Assembly (NCBI GenBank): GCA_034670305.1
Contig: JAXMNT010000044.1
Location: 1-62,563, forward strand
DNA length: 62,563 bases
DNA from: Deltaproteobacteria bacterium
GTDB taxonomy: Bacteria > Myxococcota_A > Polyangia > Polyangiales > Houyiibacteriaceae
Direction: 5' to 3'
Each line of letters starts with the position of its first letter. Within the stretch, counting starts at the first letter, position 1. Positions 19,997 through 29,828 of the stretch are shown here, piece after piece. Under the pieces are notes generated by a model. That model saw only the letters and a program-made list of their open reading frames with translations, was not told the DNA's origin and searched no databases. A program made the position numbers and the translations under genes.

Positions 19997-22369
19997 ATGG
20001 CGCACGCGGGGATCGAGTCGATGAGCCTGCCCTCCGAACTGGTGGCTTCGCTTTCCAACGAGTTCGAGATCCTCGAGCGACTCGGGGTGGGCGGCATGGG
20101 CGAGGTGCACGCGTTGCGGAGCAAAGAGAGCGGCCAGCACTTCGCGATGAAGCGGGTGCTCGTGCCGTCCCCGGCGCGGCGAGACGCGTTTCTGGAAGAG
20201 TTGCTCACTTGGGCGGACCTCCCCGAGCACCCCCACCTGACCGCGTTTCGGTTCTTTCGGATGACCTCGGACGAGCTGCTCGTGTTCGCGGAGTTGGTCC
20301 CGCACGGGACGCTCGAGGAAGCCGCCTCCGACCTCGAACTGAGCACCACAGACCGTTTGCGACTCGCCCGCGAGATCGCGCGGGGTCTTGGGGCAGCGCA
20401 CCACCACGGCGTCGTGCACTGTGATGTGAAACCACGGAACGTGCTGCTCACCGACGCCCTCGCGGCCAAGGTGACGGACTTCGGGATCGCACGCGTGCTC
20501 GACGCCACCGCGGCGGGCTTCACCCCGGCGTTCGCTGCGCCGGAACAGGTGAACGGCGACGCCGTCACGGCGGCGACGGATGTCTACGCATGGGCGCTGA
20601 CCGTGTTGTTCCTCTTCCATGGGCAGGTGGAATGGGCGAGCGGGCTCGTCGCCCTCGAGGTGTTGGAACGACATCTTCGGGAAGGTTCCACCCTTCAGGG
20701 CGTCGAGATGCCCGAGGCCCTCGCACCGGTGCTGCGCCGAGCCCTCGCGCCGGCACCGGCAGACCGCTGGGCGTCCATGACGGAGGCGGAGCGTGCACTC
20801 GATGACGTGCTTCCGGAAGACGCGACCGCGGGACCAGTGGAGTCCCGGGTCGTGGCCATGGTGGGGGACGAGTCCATCGCGACTTGGGTGCCACCCGAGC
20901 GCTGGCTGGGTGCGGTGGCTCGGCGTGCCCGAACCGTCCGTGGGGCGGCGTTCGAGGACTTTCTCCTGCTCACTCGGGCGCGCGATTCGGTCACCGTGGA
21001 GCGCAGCGAACCCGCGCGACCGCCGCCGGTACGCGACGTCCCGCTCGGCGCTTCCGCCGGCGCGGAGGAACCCGCCGAAACCCAGTTTGCAGAGGGGCCG
21101 GCCGAGACCCAGTTCGCCGAGGACGACCCGCGCGCCGACGAGCCTGCGGAAACGGCCTTCGCCGAGGAAGGCACGCCGCGAGCAACGCGTTTCGAAGAGG
21201 ACGGTGCCGAGCGCCCAAGCGCGCCTGCGCCCGGGGACAGGATGTCGAAGGCGAACCTGCGGGCGCTCCTGGGATGCGAACTCGTTCGCGTGCTCCTGTT
21301 CCTCGGGGATCGTGGTGGCGCGGGCCAGATGCTCGCCGAGGTCGCGCAAGAGCACGACACGCACGGTGCCACCGGCGGCATGGCCGTCGTGCTTCGCACC
21401 CGCGTCGCGTTGCTCGAGGCCAGCCTCGCGATCGGGGGCGACCGCGCGTCTGCATTGGCCGCGTGCGAAACCGCGGATCGTTTCCTCCGCAAAGGGGGCA
21501 GCGACCGAGATCGTGTCTGGCTCGAGATCTACCGCGCCCGCCTGCGTTTCGGATCGAGCGACTTTCAAGGGACGCAGCACCTGGAGAACGCGGTGCGCGT
21601 CCTGCACCGAACTCCGGGAATCCCACGCCGCGATGCGGTGCTCGCGTTGGCGCTGCTCGAGGGGGTCGCGGCCTACCACCGACTCGACCTGCCGGACGAA
21701 GCCCGAGGCTGGGCCTACGAAGCCGATCGGGTGCTCGAGCCGCACGAGGACGACCCCGCCTTGGCAGCCTTGCGCGCGCGTTGCGAGGTCGCCTTGGCGC
21801 GAACGGCGCTCGAAGAGGGACGCCCTGGCGACTTGCAAGAGCGACGCGCACGCATGGAGAGCCGGTTGGCGGAAGTCGGTTCGGCCCCGCCCGACCTTCT
21901 CGCCGACCTCGCGGCGCTCTTCGAGCGCGCCGCTCTGCTGGGACGCGAGTCGGGCGCGACGGCCGACGGGCTGTCGAACGCGCTTCGGTTGGTCGAACTG
22001 GAGGATCGTCTGGTCTTGCAGGAGGCGCGCAGTGAACGGGGGGACCAGCGTGTGCGGTCCCGGGTGCTCGCCTCGTCGGTTGCACTCGCGAACGGGGATG
22101 CCGAGCTCTCCCTCCGACTCGCGGAAGAAGCGAAGGCGCTTCTCTTGGAAGTCATGCCGGCGCTGGACGAGTCGTCGACCCAAGAGCTCTCGCTCGCTTT
22201 CCAGGTTCACTTCGCCTTGGCGGAGGCGTCGCGGCGCACCCAAGGCGCGGCGCCAGCGCGGCGTGCGATCGACGATGCGCTGCGGGTCCTCGACCTCCTC
22301 TTGGCGAAAGAGGGGGCGGACGACCTTCGCGCCCTCCGGGACGAACTCGTGTTGGCGCGGTGGCGGTGA
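19997..22369 (+). CDS. Ser/Thr protein kinase (non-RD) with C-terminal all-helical TPR-like region
   Basis: GVGGMGEV, FAMK, HCDVKPRN, DFG, AFAAPE and DVYAW; Ala/Leu/Arg-rich helical C-terminus; short PAETQFAE repeats in the linker. Confidence 0.88.
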   Translation: MAHAGIESMSLPSELVASLSNEFEILERLGVGGMGEVHALRSKESGQHFAMKRVLVPSPARRDAFLEELLTWADLPEHPHLTAFRFFRMTSDELLVFAELVPHGTLEEAASDLELSTTDRLRLAREIARGLGAAHHHGVVHCDVKPRNVLLTDALAAKVTDFGIARVLDATAAGFTPAFAAPEQVNGDAVTAATDVYAWALTVLFLFHGQVEWASGLVALEVLERHLREGSTLQGVEMPEALAPVLRRALAPAPADRWASMTEAERALDDVLPEDATAGPVESRVVAMVGDESIATWVPPERWLGAVARRARTVRGAAFEDFLLLTRARDSVTVERSEPARPPPVRDVPLGASAGAEEPAETQFAEGPAETQFAEDDPRADEPAETAFAEEGTPRATRFEEDGAERPSAPAPGDRMSKANLRALLGCELVRVLLFLGDRGGAGQMLAEVAQEHDTHGATGGMAVVLRTRVALLEASLAIGGDRASALAACETADRFLRKGGSDRDRVWLEIYRARLRFGSSDFQGTQHLENAVRVLHRTPGIPRRDAVLALALLEGVAAYHRLDLPDEARGWAYEADRVLEPHEDDPALAALRARCEVALARTALEEGRPGDLQERRARMESRLAEVGSAPPDLLADLAALFERAALLGRESGATADGLSNALRLVELEDRLVLQEARSERGDQRVRSRVLASSVALANGDAELSLRLAEEAKALLLEVMPALDESSTQELSLAFQVHFALAEASRRTQGAAPARRAIDDALRVLDLLLAKEGADDLRALRDELVLARWR

Positions 22370-22403
22370 GCGCTCCGGGCTTGGCGACAGCCACCACCGG
22401 CCT

Positions 22404-23360
22404 TCAGCGGTCGAAGGCGAAGTGGCCGCTGACTGGGTGGTGGTCGCTGAGGTCGGTGACCTGGGTGTGGCGCCGCACGCCGAGCAGCCCGCGGGCGACG
22501 TCGAGCTCGGCGCGGAAGAGGTGCGTCTGCATCCGGGCGTGACGCGGTGCGGGTCCCGGCCGGACGGCGACGAGGTAGTCCAGGTGCTCCGGCGCGTCGG
22601 TTTCCACGTAGCGGTTTCCGTCGCCTCCCCAAGACGCCGGACCCTCGATCGCCGACGGCCAGGCGAACTCTCGGGCGGCCTCTTCCCAATCCTCGGGCAG
22701 GTAGTTCAAGTCGCCGGCCAGAAGCACGGGCCCGCCGCACGGTGCGGACGCGAGGGTCGCGTCGATGAACGCCCGGATGGCGGTCACCTGCTGTTGGCGC
22801 ACTTCGCTCGGGTCGAGCTGGGTCACGATGGGCGTCTGGTTCTGCAAGTGGGTTCCAAAGAGGTGCACGCAGGTGCCCTCTTTTCGGAAACGAATGTAGG
22901 AGACGCCTTTGGCCGAGCAGCAGTCCTCGCCCGCGCACAGGTCGCCGAACAAGAGTTCGTCCGCGGCTTCGATCGGCTCACGGGCGAAGAGCAGCACACC
23001 GCCGTTGAGGCTCATCGAGGTGCCGATCTCGATTGGGCCGAGCTGGGACCGGCAGTGGCTCGGCGCGTGCGCTCCGAGCACCTCGGCGTGGTGGTAGCCG
23101 CGCTCTTCGAACGCACGCACCAGCACGTCGCGCGGAGCCTCGGCGAACGCCTCCGTCAACACCAGCGCGTCGTAGTCGGTGCCGTCGACGAGCATGGGGA
23201 TCGCCCCCGCCCGCACCGCCATGTCGCGGGACACCCCGGGGAGCATCCACACGTTGTAGGTCAGCAGGTCGAGTTCGAGAGGCGGCTCTGGCTGCACCTC
23301 GGGTTCGGGCACCGCGTGCGCGCAGGACACGAGCGCCATCAGCGCGGCGGCGTGCGCCAT
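22404..23360 (-). CDS. EEP-family (sphingomyelinase-like) lipoprotein
   Basis: Lipobox LVSC; LTYNV, LTEAF, AKGV, GTHLQ, AGDLN, LDY and LSDHHPV. Confidence 0.85.
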   Translation of the reverse strand: MAHAAALMALVSCAHAVPEPEVQPEPPLELDLLTYNVWMLPGVSRDMAVRAGAIPMLVDGTDYDALVLTEAFAEAPRDVLVRAFEERGYHHAEVLGAHAPSHCRSQLGPIEIGTSMSLNGGVLLFAREPIEAADELLFGDLCAGEDCCSAKGVSYIRFRKEGTCVHLFGTHLQNQTPIVTQLDPSEVRQQQVTAIRAFIDATLASAPCGGPVLLAGDLNYLPEDWEEAAREFAWPSAIEGPASWGGDGNRYVETDAPEHLDYLVAVRPGPAPRHARMQTHLFRAELDVARGLLGVRRHTQVTDLSDHHPVSGHFAFDR

Positions 23361-23385
23361 GGAAGCGGGACTCAAACGCACGGGC

Positions 23386-23937
23386 TCACGGCGCGGGCGG
23401 CATGCTCACGCGCGCCACGACCGCATCCTTGATCTCGGCGGCCCGCGCCTCGTCGACCCCAAGACGCACGGCGAGCCCGGTGGCGAAGTTCTCTTCGGAT
23501 GCGTCGATCGACCCGTCGCTCATCGCCAGCTCCCAGCTGAGCGCGAGCAGCAGTTCGCGCAGCACCGGATGGGTCACGCGGTCTTCGATGCCGGCCAGCG
23601 AGGGCGGGTCGTGCACCTCGGCGACCAGCAAGTCCTGGGTGTCTTCGTCGAGACCACTCTTGCCGATCAGCTGCTTGAGCAAGTGGGCTTCTTCGGGATC
23701 GAGTTTGCGATCCGCGTTGGCCATCCAGATGCAGATCTCGATCGCCGCGCGTTGCTCGCGCACGATGGTCTCCCGCGACTGCGCGACCATCCACTCGCGG
23801 AGTTCACTCAGGCGGTCTTCTCCGACGACGAAGATGGCCACGGTGAGACCCGCTTCTTCGTGCGCGGTGCGAATGATGCCGCCGGACGCGAGCGTCCCGA
23901 TCCAATGCGTCATGGCCTGCTGTGACTGGCTTTGCAT
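23386..23937 (-). CDS. TerB-like (tellurite resistance B/DUF533-like) protein
   Basis: Paired motifs MANADRKLDPEE and LAMSDGSIDASE, typical of the TerB fold. Confidence 0.75.
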   Translation of the reverse strand: MQSQSQQAMTHWIGTLASGGIIRTAHEEAGLTVAIFVVGEDRLSELREWMVAQSRETIVREQRAAIEICIWMANADRKLDPEEAHLLKQLIGKSGLDEDTQDLLVAEVHDPPSLAGIEDRVTHPVLRELLLALSWELAMSDGSIDASEENFATGLAVRLGVDEARAAEIKDAVVARVSMPPAP

Positions 23938-23996
23938 GGTGGGAGTGTACACCGACGCAGGCCGGGCTCGGCATGCGTGCAGCGCCTCGGTCGAGC

Positions 23997-26453
23997 TCAG
24001 CGGGGGTAGGCGCCGATGTAGACTTGGCCCGGCGTGGTGTTCGGCACGCAGCCGCTCTCGGGCATGGGCGGGTACGTGGTCGTGGTTACCGTGCAGGTGC
24101 TCGGTTCGACCGAGAGCCGGATGCGTCCGAGCCCGCCGGCGCCGCCGGCGCTGGTGCCTCCACCGCAAGAACGCGGAACAGTTCCGCGGGCACCGCCGCG
24201 GGCATCCACCACGGAGCCGGAGTCGATGCGCACACTCGGCGCCGCGAGGTAGAGCACGCCACCCGATCCGCCGCCGCCCCCGCCGCTGCCGGAGCCCCCG
24301 ACGCCCGCGGTGCCCGAACCGTTGCCGCCCTCGCCCCCGGCCACCGAGATGCGGGCGGTGTTGGTCACGGTGATGCTGTCGTGGCTCGCGAGTCTCAGCG
24401 CGCCGCCGCCGCCGCCGCCGCCGCCGCCTTCGCCGCAACGCGAAGTGTTGTAGATGCCGCCCCCGCCGCCGCCGCCACCCGAGCCGGGTCGGAACGTGTC
24501 GATCACCGCGAGATCGGCTGCAGCGTCTTCGCCGATCGAGCCGCCGCCTCCGCCGCCACCCGTCGCGCACGACGTGCTGCTGCCGCCACGAGGCAAGCCG
24601 TCGGCGCCGTCGTATTCCGGCACGGAGGTGCGGCCGCCTTGGGCAGGCATCGTGGACATGCCGCCGTCGCCGCCGGTGGTGCCCGAGAGTTCCCGCGCGC
24701 CGCTGCCACCGGCGCCATCGCCGCCGGCCCGAGATGCGCCGCCACCGCCCCCGCCGAAGCCGCCGCCGCCGCCGCCCGCGTCGCCGCGGTTGCGGGCGCC
24801 GCCCCCGCCGCCGAAGAAGCCGCCGTTCGCGCACGAGCCCGCGCCGCGACCTCCTTCGGTGCCGAGGCCGCCGTCACCGCCGAGGCCGCAGCTGCCCGAG
24901 ACACCCGCGGTCCCCGATCGGCCGACGTTGCCACCCGGCCGGCCCGGCAACACGCCAGCGGAACAGGCGGTCTCGCGGCCGGTCGCGCCGTTGCCGCCGG
25001 CGAGATCGATGCGGCCTCGGATCACGATGGGCTGACGCGCCCTCAACTCGAGCACGCCGGTGCCGTTGGTCGTGATCACCGCGTTCGCGCCGATGTCGAT
25101 GCGGTCGTAGTGGTAGACGCCGGGGTCCAAGGTCAGCTCGGTCGAACCGGTGAGGATGAGATCGCCGTCGGCGCCGGTGCTGGGGAAGGGCGGGGCGCAA
25201 CCGCCGGGCGGGCAGCGCGGCCCGCCCGAGTCGACGCCGGCATCCGACATGCCGGCGTCGGGCATGCCTGCATCGACGGGCACGTCGCAGTCTTCGTCGA
25301 CCATGCCGTCGCAGTCTTCATCGACTCCGTCGCAGCGTTCGAATGCGCCGGGGTAGCGGCTCGGGTCCGTGTCGTCGCAGTCCGCGTCCGCCGCGTCGAT
25401 GCCAGGACATGCGGCGTCCGGATATCCGTCTCCGTCGTCGTCCTCGGTGTCGTGAAGACCGAGCACAAAGGCGGTCTCCGGGTCGCAGTCGTCGTCGCGG
25501 GCGTTGCACAGCTCGTCCGTCAACGGGTTGCGGTCCGGGTCCATGTCGTCGCAGTCGCTCGGCAGCACCGAGTAACCATCGGGCACGCCGAACGTGACGA
25601 TGGTGCGCGCGAAGTCGTTCGCCCCGAATCCGTCGCCGTCGTCGTCGGGGTACCAGACCACCGCGACGGTCATCTCGTCGACGAGTTCGTCGCAGTCGTT
25701 GTCGACCGAGTCCATGATCTCAGGGCTGCCCGCGTTCACCGTCGGGTCGGTGTCGTCGCAGTCCATCGGCGAGGTCGAGACGCCGGGCCAGCCCGGACAC
25801 CCCATGATCGGCCGGTCGGGGTCGCCGTAGAGATCGCGGTCGTCGTCGACGAACCCCATGATGGTGGCGCCTTCGTCGACTGCGCCGTCGCAGTCGTTGT
25901 CGAGGCCGTCGCAGATCTCGGGTGCGAGTGGGCTCGTGTTGGCGCGCCCGTCGTCGCAGTCGTCAGCGCACGTGTCGCCATTGCAGCAGCGCGCGTCTTC
26001 GTACCCGTCCCCGTCGCGGTCGACGCCGCCAAGCGTGCTCGGGTCACAGTCCTCGTCGATGCCTTCGATGTCGCAGATCTCGGCGGCGTCCGGGTGCACG
26101 GTGCTGCGCCCGTCGTCGCAGTCGTCGCCTCCACACGCGATGGCGTCGTGACCGTCTTCGTCCGCATCGGGCATCGAACAGGAGTCGCCGCATCGGTTGA
26201 CGGTCTCGTCGCACGAGGCCCCCGGGCAGGGCATCTCACCCGCGACGCAGCCGTTGTCGTCCGCACCCGTGGCGCCCGGCAGGCAGCGCTCGGCGCCGTT
26301 GCAGAACATCCCGTCGTCGCACGCCTCGTCGCCGCTGCAGAACGTCGCCGCGTCGCCCGCATCGGGCCGGGTGCCGGTGTCGGGGGCGTCGTCGTCGCCT
26401 CCGCAGGCCGAAAGAATTGTCAGAACCAGCAACCACCGACCACAAGACAACAT
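23997..26453 (-). CDS. Lipoprotein with putative metal-binding (MopE-like, DCDD...EICDG.DNDCDG) repeats and Gly-rich C-terminal domain
   Basis: Lipobox LSAC; repeated D.D.DG...DCDD...P...E.C.G.D.DC units; polyglycine-rich C-terminus (GSGGGGGGG...GGGGALRL). Confidence 0.85.
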   Translation of the reverse strand: MLSCGRWLLVLTILSACGGDDDAPDTGTRPDAGDAATFCSGDEACDDGMFCNGAERCLPGATGADDNGCVAGEMPCPGASCDETVNRCGDSCSMPDADEDGHDAIACGGDDCDDGRSTVHPDAAEICDIEGIDEDCDPSTLGGVDRDGDGYEDARCCNGDTCADDCDDGRANTSPLAPEICDGLDNDCDGAVDEGATIMGFVDDDRDLYGDPDRPIMGCPGWPGVSTSPMDCDDTDPTVNAGSPEIMDSVDNDCDELVDEMTVAVVWYPDDDGDGFGANDFARTIVTFGVPDGYSVLPSDCDDMDPDRNPLTDELCNARDDDCDPETAFVLGLHDTEDDDGDGYPDAACPGIDAADADCDDTDPSRYPGAFERCDGVDEDCDGMVDEDCDVPVDAGMPDAGMSDAGVDSGGPRCPPGGCAPPFPSTGADGDLILTGSTELTLDPGVYHYDRIDIGANAVITTNGTGVLELRARQPIVIRGRIDLAGGNGATGRETACSAGVLPGRPGGNVGRSGTAGVSGSCGLGGDGGLGTEGGRGAGSCANGGFFGGGGGARNRGDAGGGGGGFGGGGGGASRAGGDGAGGSGARELSGTTGGDGGMSTMPAQGGRTSVPEYDGADGLPRGGSSTSCATGGGGGGGSIGEDAAADLAVIDTFRPGSGGGGGGGGIYNTSRCGEGGGGGGGGGALRLASHDSITVTNTARISVAGGEGGNGSGTAGVGGSGSGGGGGGSGGVLYLAAPSVRIDSGSVVDARGGARGTVPRSCGGGTSAGGAGGLGRIRLSVEPSTCTVTTTTYPPMPESGCVPNTTPGQVYIGAYPR

Positions 26454-26651
26454 GCGGCGAGCATACCCAATCCGTCCCGCGATCGTCGGCCCGTTTCGCG
26501 AACCGCGAAGGCATGGCCGCCAGTGGCGCGCGTTCACCGAGGCGGCGAAGGCGGTCGACGCGAGGCGCCATGTCACCGGACGGGGTATGGGGCCGGCCCA
26601 AGAGGAGTCGGACGCCCTTCTCGCGAAAGCGAGCCAGGCGCGGGTCACACG

Positions 26652-28187
26652 CTAACGCGTGAGCATGACGAGGTGTTCTTCGCGGGGCCGTCCGCCGGTT
26701 CGATCCGGACGCGTCTGAGAGGCGCTGCCTTGCACACGCAAGCCCGCTTCCGGCGCGATGCGCACGAGCTGTGCGGCGGCGTTCATCCGGCGCTGCCCGA
26801 TCTGCGCATCGCCGACCAGCAACACGACCACCCCGTCTTTGCTCAGCACCGATTCGATCGACGTGAGGAAGTCGTGAACCTGCTGTTCCCATGTCGGCGC
26901 GTCGTCCGAGTGGGCGAGGTGGCGGCGCGCGCCGATCTCGTGCTCCTGCAGTTCGCGCGCATCGAGCCCGAGCCAGGGGTAGCGCAGTTCGTGGTGCTCC
27001 ACGTAGTCGTAGGTGCCGCCGTACGGGGGCGAACTGATCACCAGATCCCACTGCCGGTTGCGCGGCAAGACACGCGGAAGATCACGCGCGTCGCCGAACC
27101 GCAGAATCGGTGGCTGACCGCCGCCGCCTTCTGAACGCACCGCTTGTTCGAGCTTGGCCCAGCGATCGACCAGCTCCTCGCCCTTGCGCACGAAGAACTC
27201 GGTGACGAGACCCTTGCGAATGCGTTTGGGGGTGGGCTTCGGTGCGCTCTCCGAACGGCGCTGGGAGAACTTCACGACGATCGCGCTGAGCACGACCTCG
27301 AGCGCCCGCGAGTCGGCCTCGTTCTCGACGTCCAAGATCTCTTCGCGCAGCCCGGCGAGCTCCTTGAGCACGTGCGGGCCGTACCAGGAGATGTGGTGGC
27401 CCGGCACCGGCGCGCGCACGTCCACGCGGGAGCGCACCCGTTCTTCTGAACGCGCGGCGACTTCGTGGAGCGCCGTGGCGAACCGCTTGCGGTGTCGACC
27501 GTGGCGGACGTCGGTCTTGACCTCGGCCACCCGCAGCGCGAGCGGGTTCAGATCCACCCCGGCGCACACCCGTCCACCCACCCGCGCTTCGACCAGCACG
27601 GTGCCGCTGCCGCAGAAGGGATCGAGCACCGTGCCCTGGAACGTCTCGAGCAAGTGGTAGGCGACCGCCGGATGCATCTTGGCCGGGTAGGCATGAAACC
27701 CATGCGTGAGTTCGTCGGGATCGGCGGACGTCGCGTCGAGGGCCCGGCGCAGGGGTTCGACGATCTCGCGGGGACCGTGGACCTCGGTCTCGCCGCCTTG
27801 GTTCGAGAGCGAACGTTTTTGGCGGTCCTCGCGTTCAGGCCGGGGACGACTCGGACGCGGGCCGTGCGGACGGGCTCTCGGGATGTCGGGTCGTGCGGTT
27901 CGACTCTTCGATTCGGGCGCACGCGACTTGCTCTCCGACTTCGACTTCGGCTTCGACTTCGGGGGCGCCGATTCTGCCCGGTCTTCGGCTGGCGCGTGGG
28001 CCTCCGCCCGCATGCGGCGCGGCTTGCCCTTGTTCTTGTTCTTCAGCTTCAGCTTCTGCTTCGACTTCGGCTTGGACGCACCCTTCTTGGACGCGCCGGT
28101 CTTGGACGCGCCGGTCTTGGACGCGCCGGTCTTGGACGCGCCCTTTTTGGACGCGCCCTTCTTCTTGGGAACCTCTTTGCCACTCAC
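26652..28187 (-). CDS. Orphan amino-methyltransferase (N4-C/N6-A DNA methylase-like) with Lys-rich N-terminal tail
   Basis: THGFHAYPAKM, VLDPFCGSGT (SAM-binding) and ISSPPY (catalytic SPPY). No adjacent restriction gene. Confidence 0.75.
   Translation of the reverse strand: MSGKEVPKKKGASKKGASKTGASKTGASKTGASKKGASKPKSKQKLKLKNKNKGKPRRMRAEAHAPAEDRAESAPPKSKPKSKSESKSRAPESKSRTARPDIPRARPHGPRPSRPRPEREDRQKRSLSNQGGETEVHGPREIVEPLRRALDATSADPDELTHGFHAYPAKMHPAVAYHLLETFQGTVLDPFCGSGTVLVEARVGGRVCAGVDLNPLALRVAEVKTDVRHGRHRKRFATALHEVAARSEERVRSRVDVRAPVPGHHISWYGPHVLKELAGLREEILDVENEADSRALEVVLSAIVVKFSQRRSESAPKPTPKRIRKGLVTEFFVRKGEELVDRWAKLEQAVRSEGGGGQPPILRFGDARDLPRVLPRNRQWDLVISSPPYGGTYDYVEHHELRYPWLGLDARELQEHEIGARRHLAHSDDAPTWEQQVHDFLTSIESVLSKDGVVVLLVGDAQIGQRRMNAAAQLVRIAPEAGLRVQGSASQTRPDRTGGRPREEHLVMLTR
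28071..28160. repeat. 15-bp coding tandem repeat x6 (KKGAS/KTGAS)
   Basis: Six units of (C/T)TTGGACGC(G/A)CC(GG/CT)T within the methylase 5' end. Confidence 0.9.
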
Positions 28188-29014
28188 GAGTCTTGCTCCG
28201 TCGGCGGATCGAATCCGAAGAACGTCCGGATGCGAAACGACGCCTCCGTGCGTTGGCCGTCTGCGTCCCTCGCCACGTAGGCACGCTCGGCGAAAGGTGC
28301 ATCTGGTGCTGCCGCCTCCGGCGCGAAGGTCCAGACACTGAACAGTGCCTCACGCCCGGCTCGGGGAATGGCGTCCACGCGGCAGAGCATGCGCAGACCA
28401 GCCGCCGCAGCGCCAGTTCGCGCGCGTTCGGGCGCGTTCGCGACGCCGCACACCACCACGCGTCCAGTGGGTTTCACGAGCTTGGCGGCCGCCGCGAGGT
28501 AGTCCTCTATCCCGCCGCGCATCTCCACCCGCGCAAAACAGCGCTGCGAGTCTGGGGAGGGGACCGACGTGCCCGGCGGCGCGTAGGGCGGGGTGCCAGT
28601 CACGAGGTCGAACCGGCCGTCCGACAGCGCGTCCGCATGAACCGCGGGGTCCCGAAGATCCCCGTGGATGAGCCGCACCTGCTGGTCGAGCCCATTGCGC
28701 GCGACGTTGCGCTCGGCCAACCCGAAGGAGAGCGCTTGGGCTTCCACCCCCACGATGCGCGCCTCCGACAGGTGGTGGGCGACCATCAGCAGCACCGAGC
28801 CGATGCCGCATCCGAGGTCGAGGTAGGCCTCCGGAGCGGGTTGCCCTTCCAGCGCCCGCATCGCCTCTCGCGCGGTCAACAGATCGTCCACGCTGTACCG
28901 GTGGCCGCGCTTGCGCTGCAGAATGCGAAACCGTCCGGTCAGGGCATCGTCCGTGAGCTCGCCCAGTTCCGTTTCATCCGGCAGGGGAGGGGCCGTTCGA
29001 TTCGCCTCGGTCAC
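28184..29014 (-). CDS. tRNA1(Val) A37-N6 methyltransferase-like (TrmN6/YfiC family) SAM methyltransferase
   Basis: ILQRKRGHRYSVDDLL, LDLGCGIG, VGVE.Q, GDLR, VTGTPPY and ARVE. Overlaps the next gene by 4 nt. Start inferred. Confidence 0.75.
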   Translation of the reverse strand: MTEANRTAPPLPDETELGELTDDALTGRFRILQRKRGHRYSVDDLLTAREAMRALEGQPAPEAYLDLGCGIGSVLLMVAHHLSEARIVGVEAQALSFGLAERNVARNGLDQQVRLIHGDLRDPAVHADALSDGRFDLVTGTPPYAPPGTSVPSPDSQRCFARVEMRGGIEDYLAAAAKLVKPTGRVVVCGVANAPERARTGAAAAGLRMLCRVDAIPRAGREALFSVWTFAPEAAAPDAPFAERAYVARDADGQRTEASFRIRTFFGFDPPTEQDS

Positions 29015-29185
29015 CCGGGAGGTCTGCCAGAACAACGGTCCTCCGACCACCCGGGAGGTTTCCGGGGATTGGGCCATCCGAATGCAACGGCTTCTTGCCC
29101 TCCAACCACGGAGGTTGCTACACCTGCATGCACGGGGACTGCGAGGGGCTGTACGGCTCCCACTTCCCCCCGGAGACCCACGAAA

Positions 29186-29767
29186 ATGTTTCGAACCCTC
29201 CTCGCTTTTGGCCTGCTTGCATCGTTCTCCTGCGGAGACGGCAACGCGGGTGTGTTTGGTGACGCCCAGTGGCAGGTGCGATGCCCGCCCGGCTTTCCCA
29301 TGTGTCCGCGCAACGGGGAGACGGTCGACGTGTTCAACTTCGACGGCACCGAGGGCGTCACGGCCACCTGCAACATCGACGAGTCCGACGGCACCCGCAT
29401 CGTCGACTTCACGCTCGGGCCGAACAGCGGACAGCTCATGGCCGTCAGCGGCATCGTGACGAGCACCGAAGGCGGCACCGTGCGCGGCGCGTCGTGCCGC
29501 ATCACCGTCATCGACGACGCGAACAACTTCGGCGGACCGGTCGAGGGCCTCTGCGGCGCCAACGCGCCGAGCGAGGCGCAGCCGTGTCAGATCGGACCGA
29601 TCACATTCAACGAGGCCGGCGAAGACGGGCCGGAGCTGCGGACCACGGTGCTCTGCTCGCACCTGCCCTCGCCCTCGAACCCGGATCTGCTCCAGCGCGA
29701 CATCACGCGGCCGATGGCGCCCACCGAGCCGGCGTCGATCCGCATCGTGAACTGCCCCGGCATCTGA
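29186..29767 (+). CDS. Hypothetical lipoprotein
   Basis: GGAG RBS; signal peptide with lipobox SFSC; host-like codon usage; several Cys. Confidence 0.75.
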   Translation: MFRTLLAFGLLASFSCGDGNAGVFGDAQWQVRCPPGFPMCPRNGETVDVFNFDGTEGVTATCNIDESDGTRIVDFTLGPNSGQLMAVSGIVTSTEGGTVRGASCRITVIDDANNFGGPVEGLCGANAPSEAQPCQIGPITFNEAGEDGPELRTTVLCSHLPSPSNPDLLQRDITRPMAPTEPASIRIVNCPGI

Positions 29768-29828
29768 GCCCGAGGCGCGGTGCGCGCTTGATGCCGCCGT
29801 ACGTGCCTCACCGATCCGAGTACCCGTC

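Noticed and set aside
23922-27134. Very long alternative-frame ORFs (e.g. 1070 aa at 23922, 879 aa at 20793, 855 aa at 59535)
   Set aside because: Typical high-GC shadow ORFs overlapping genes with clear motifs on another frame or strand.
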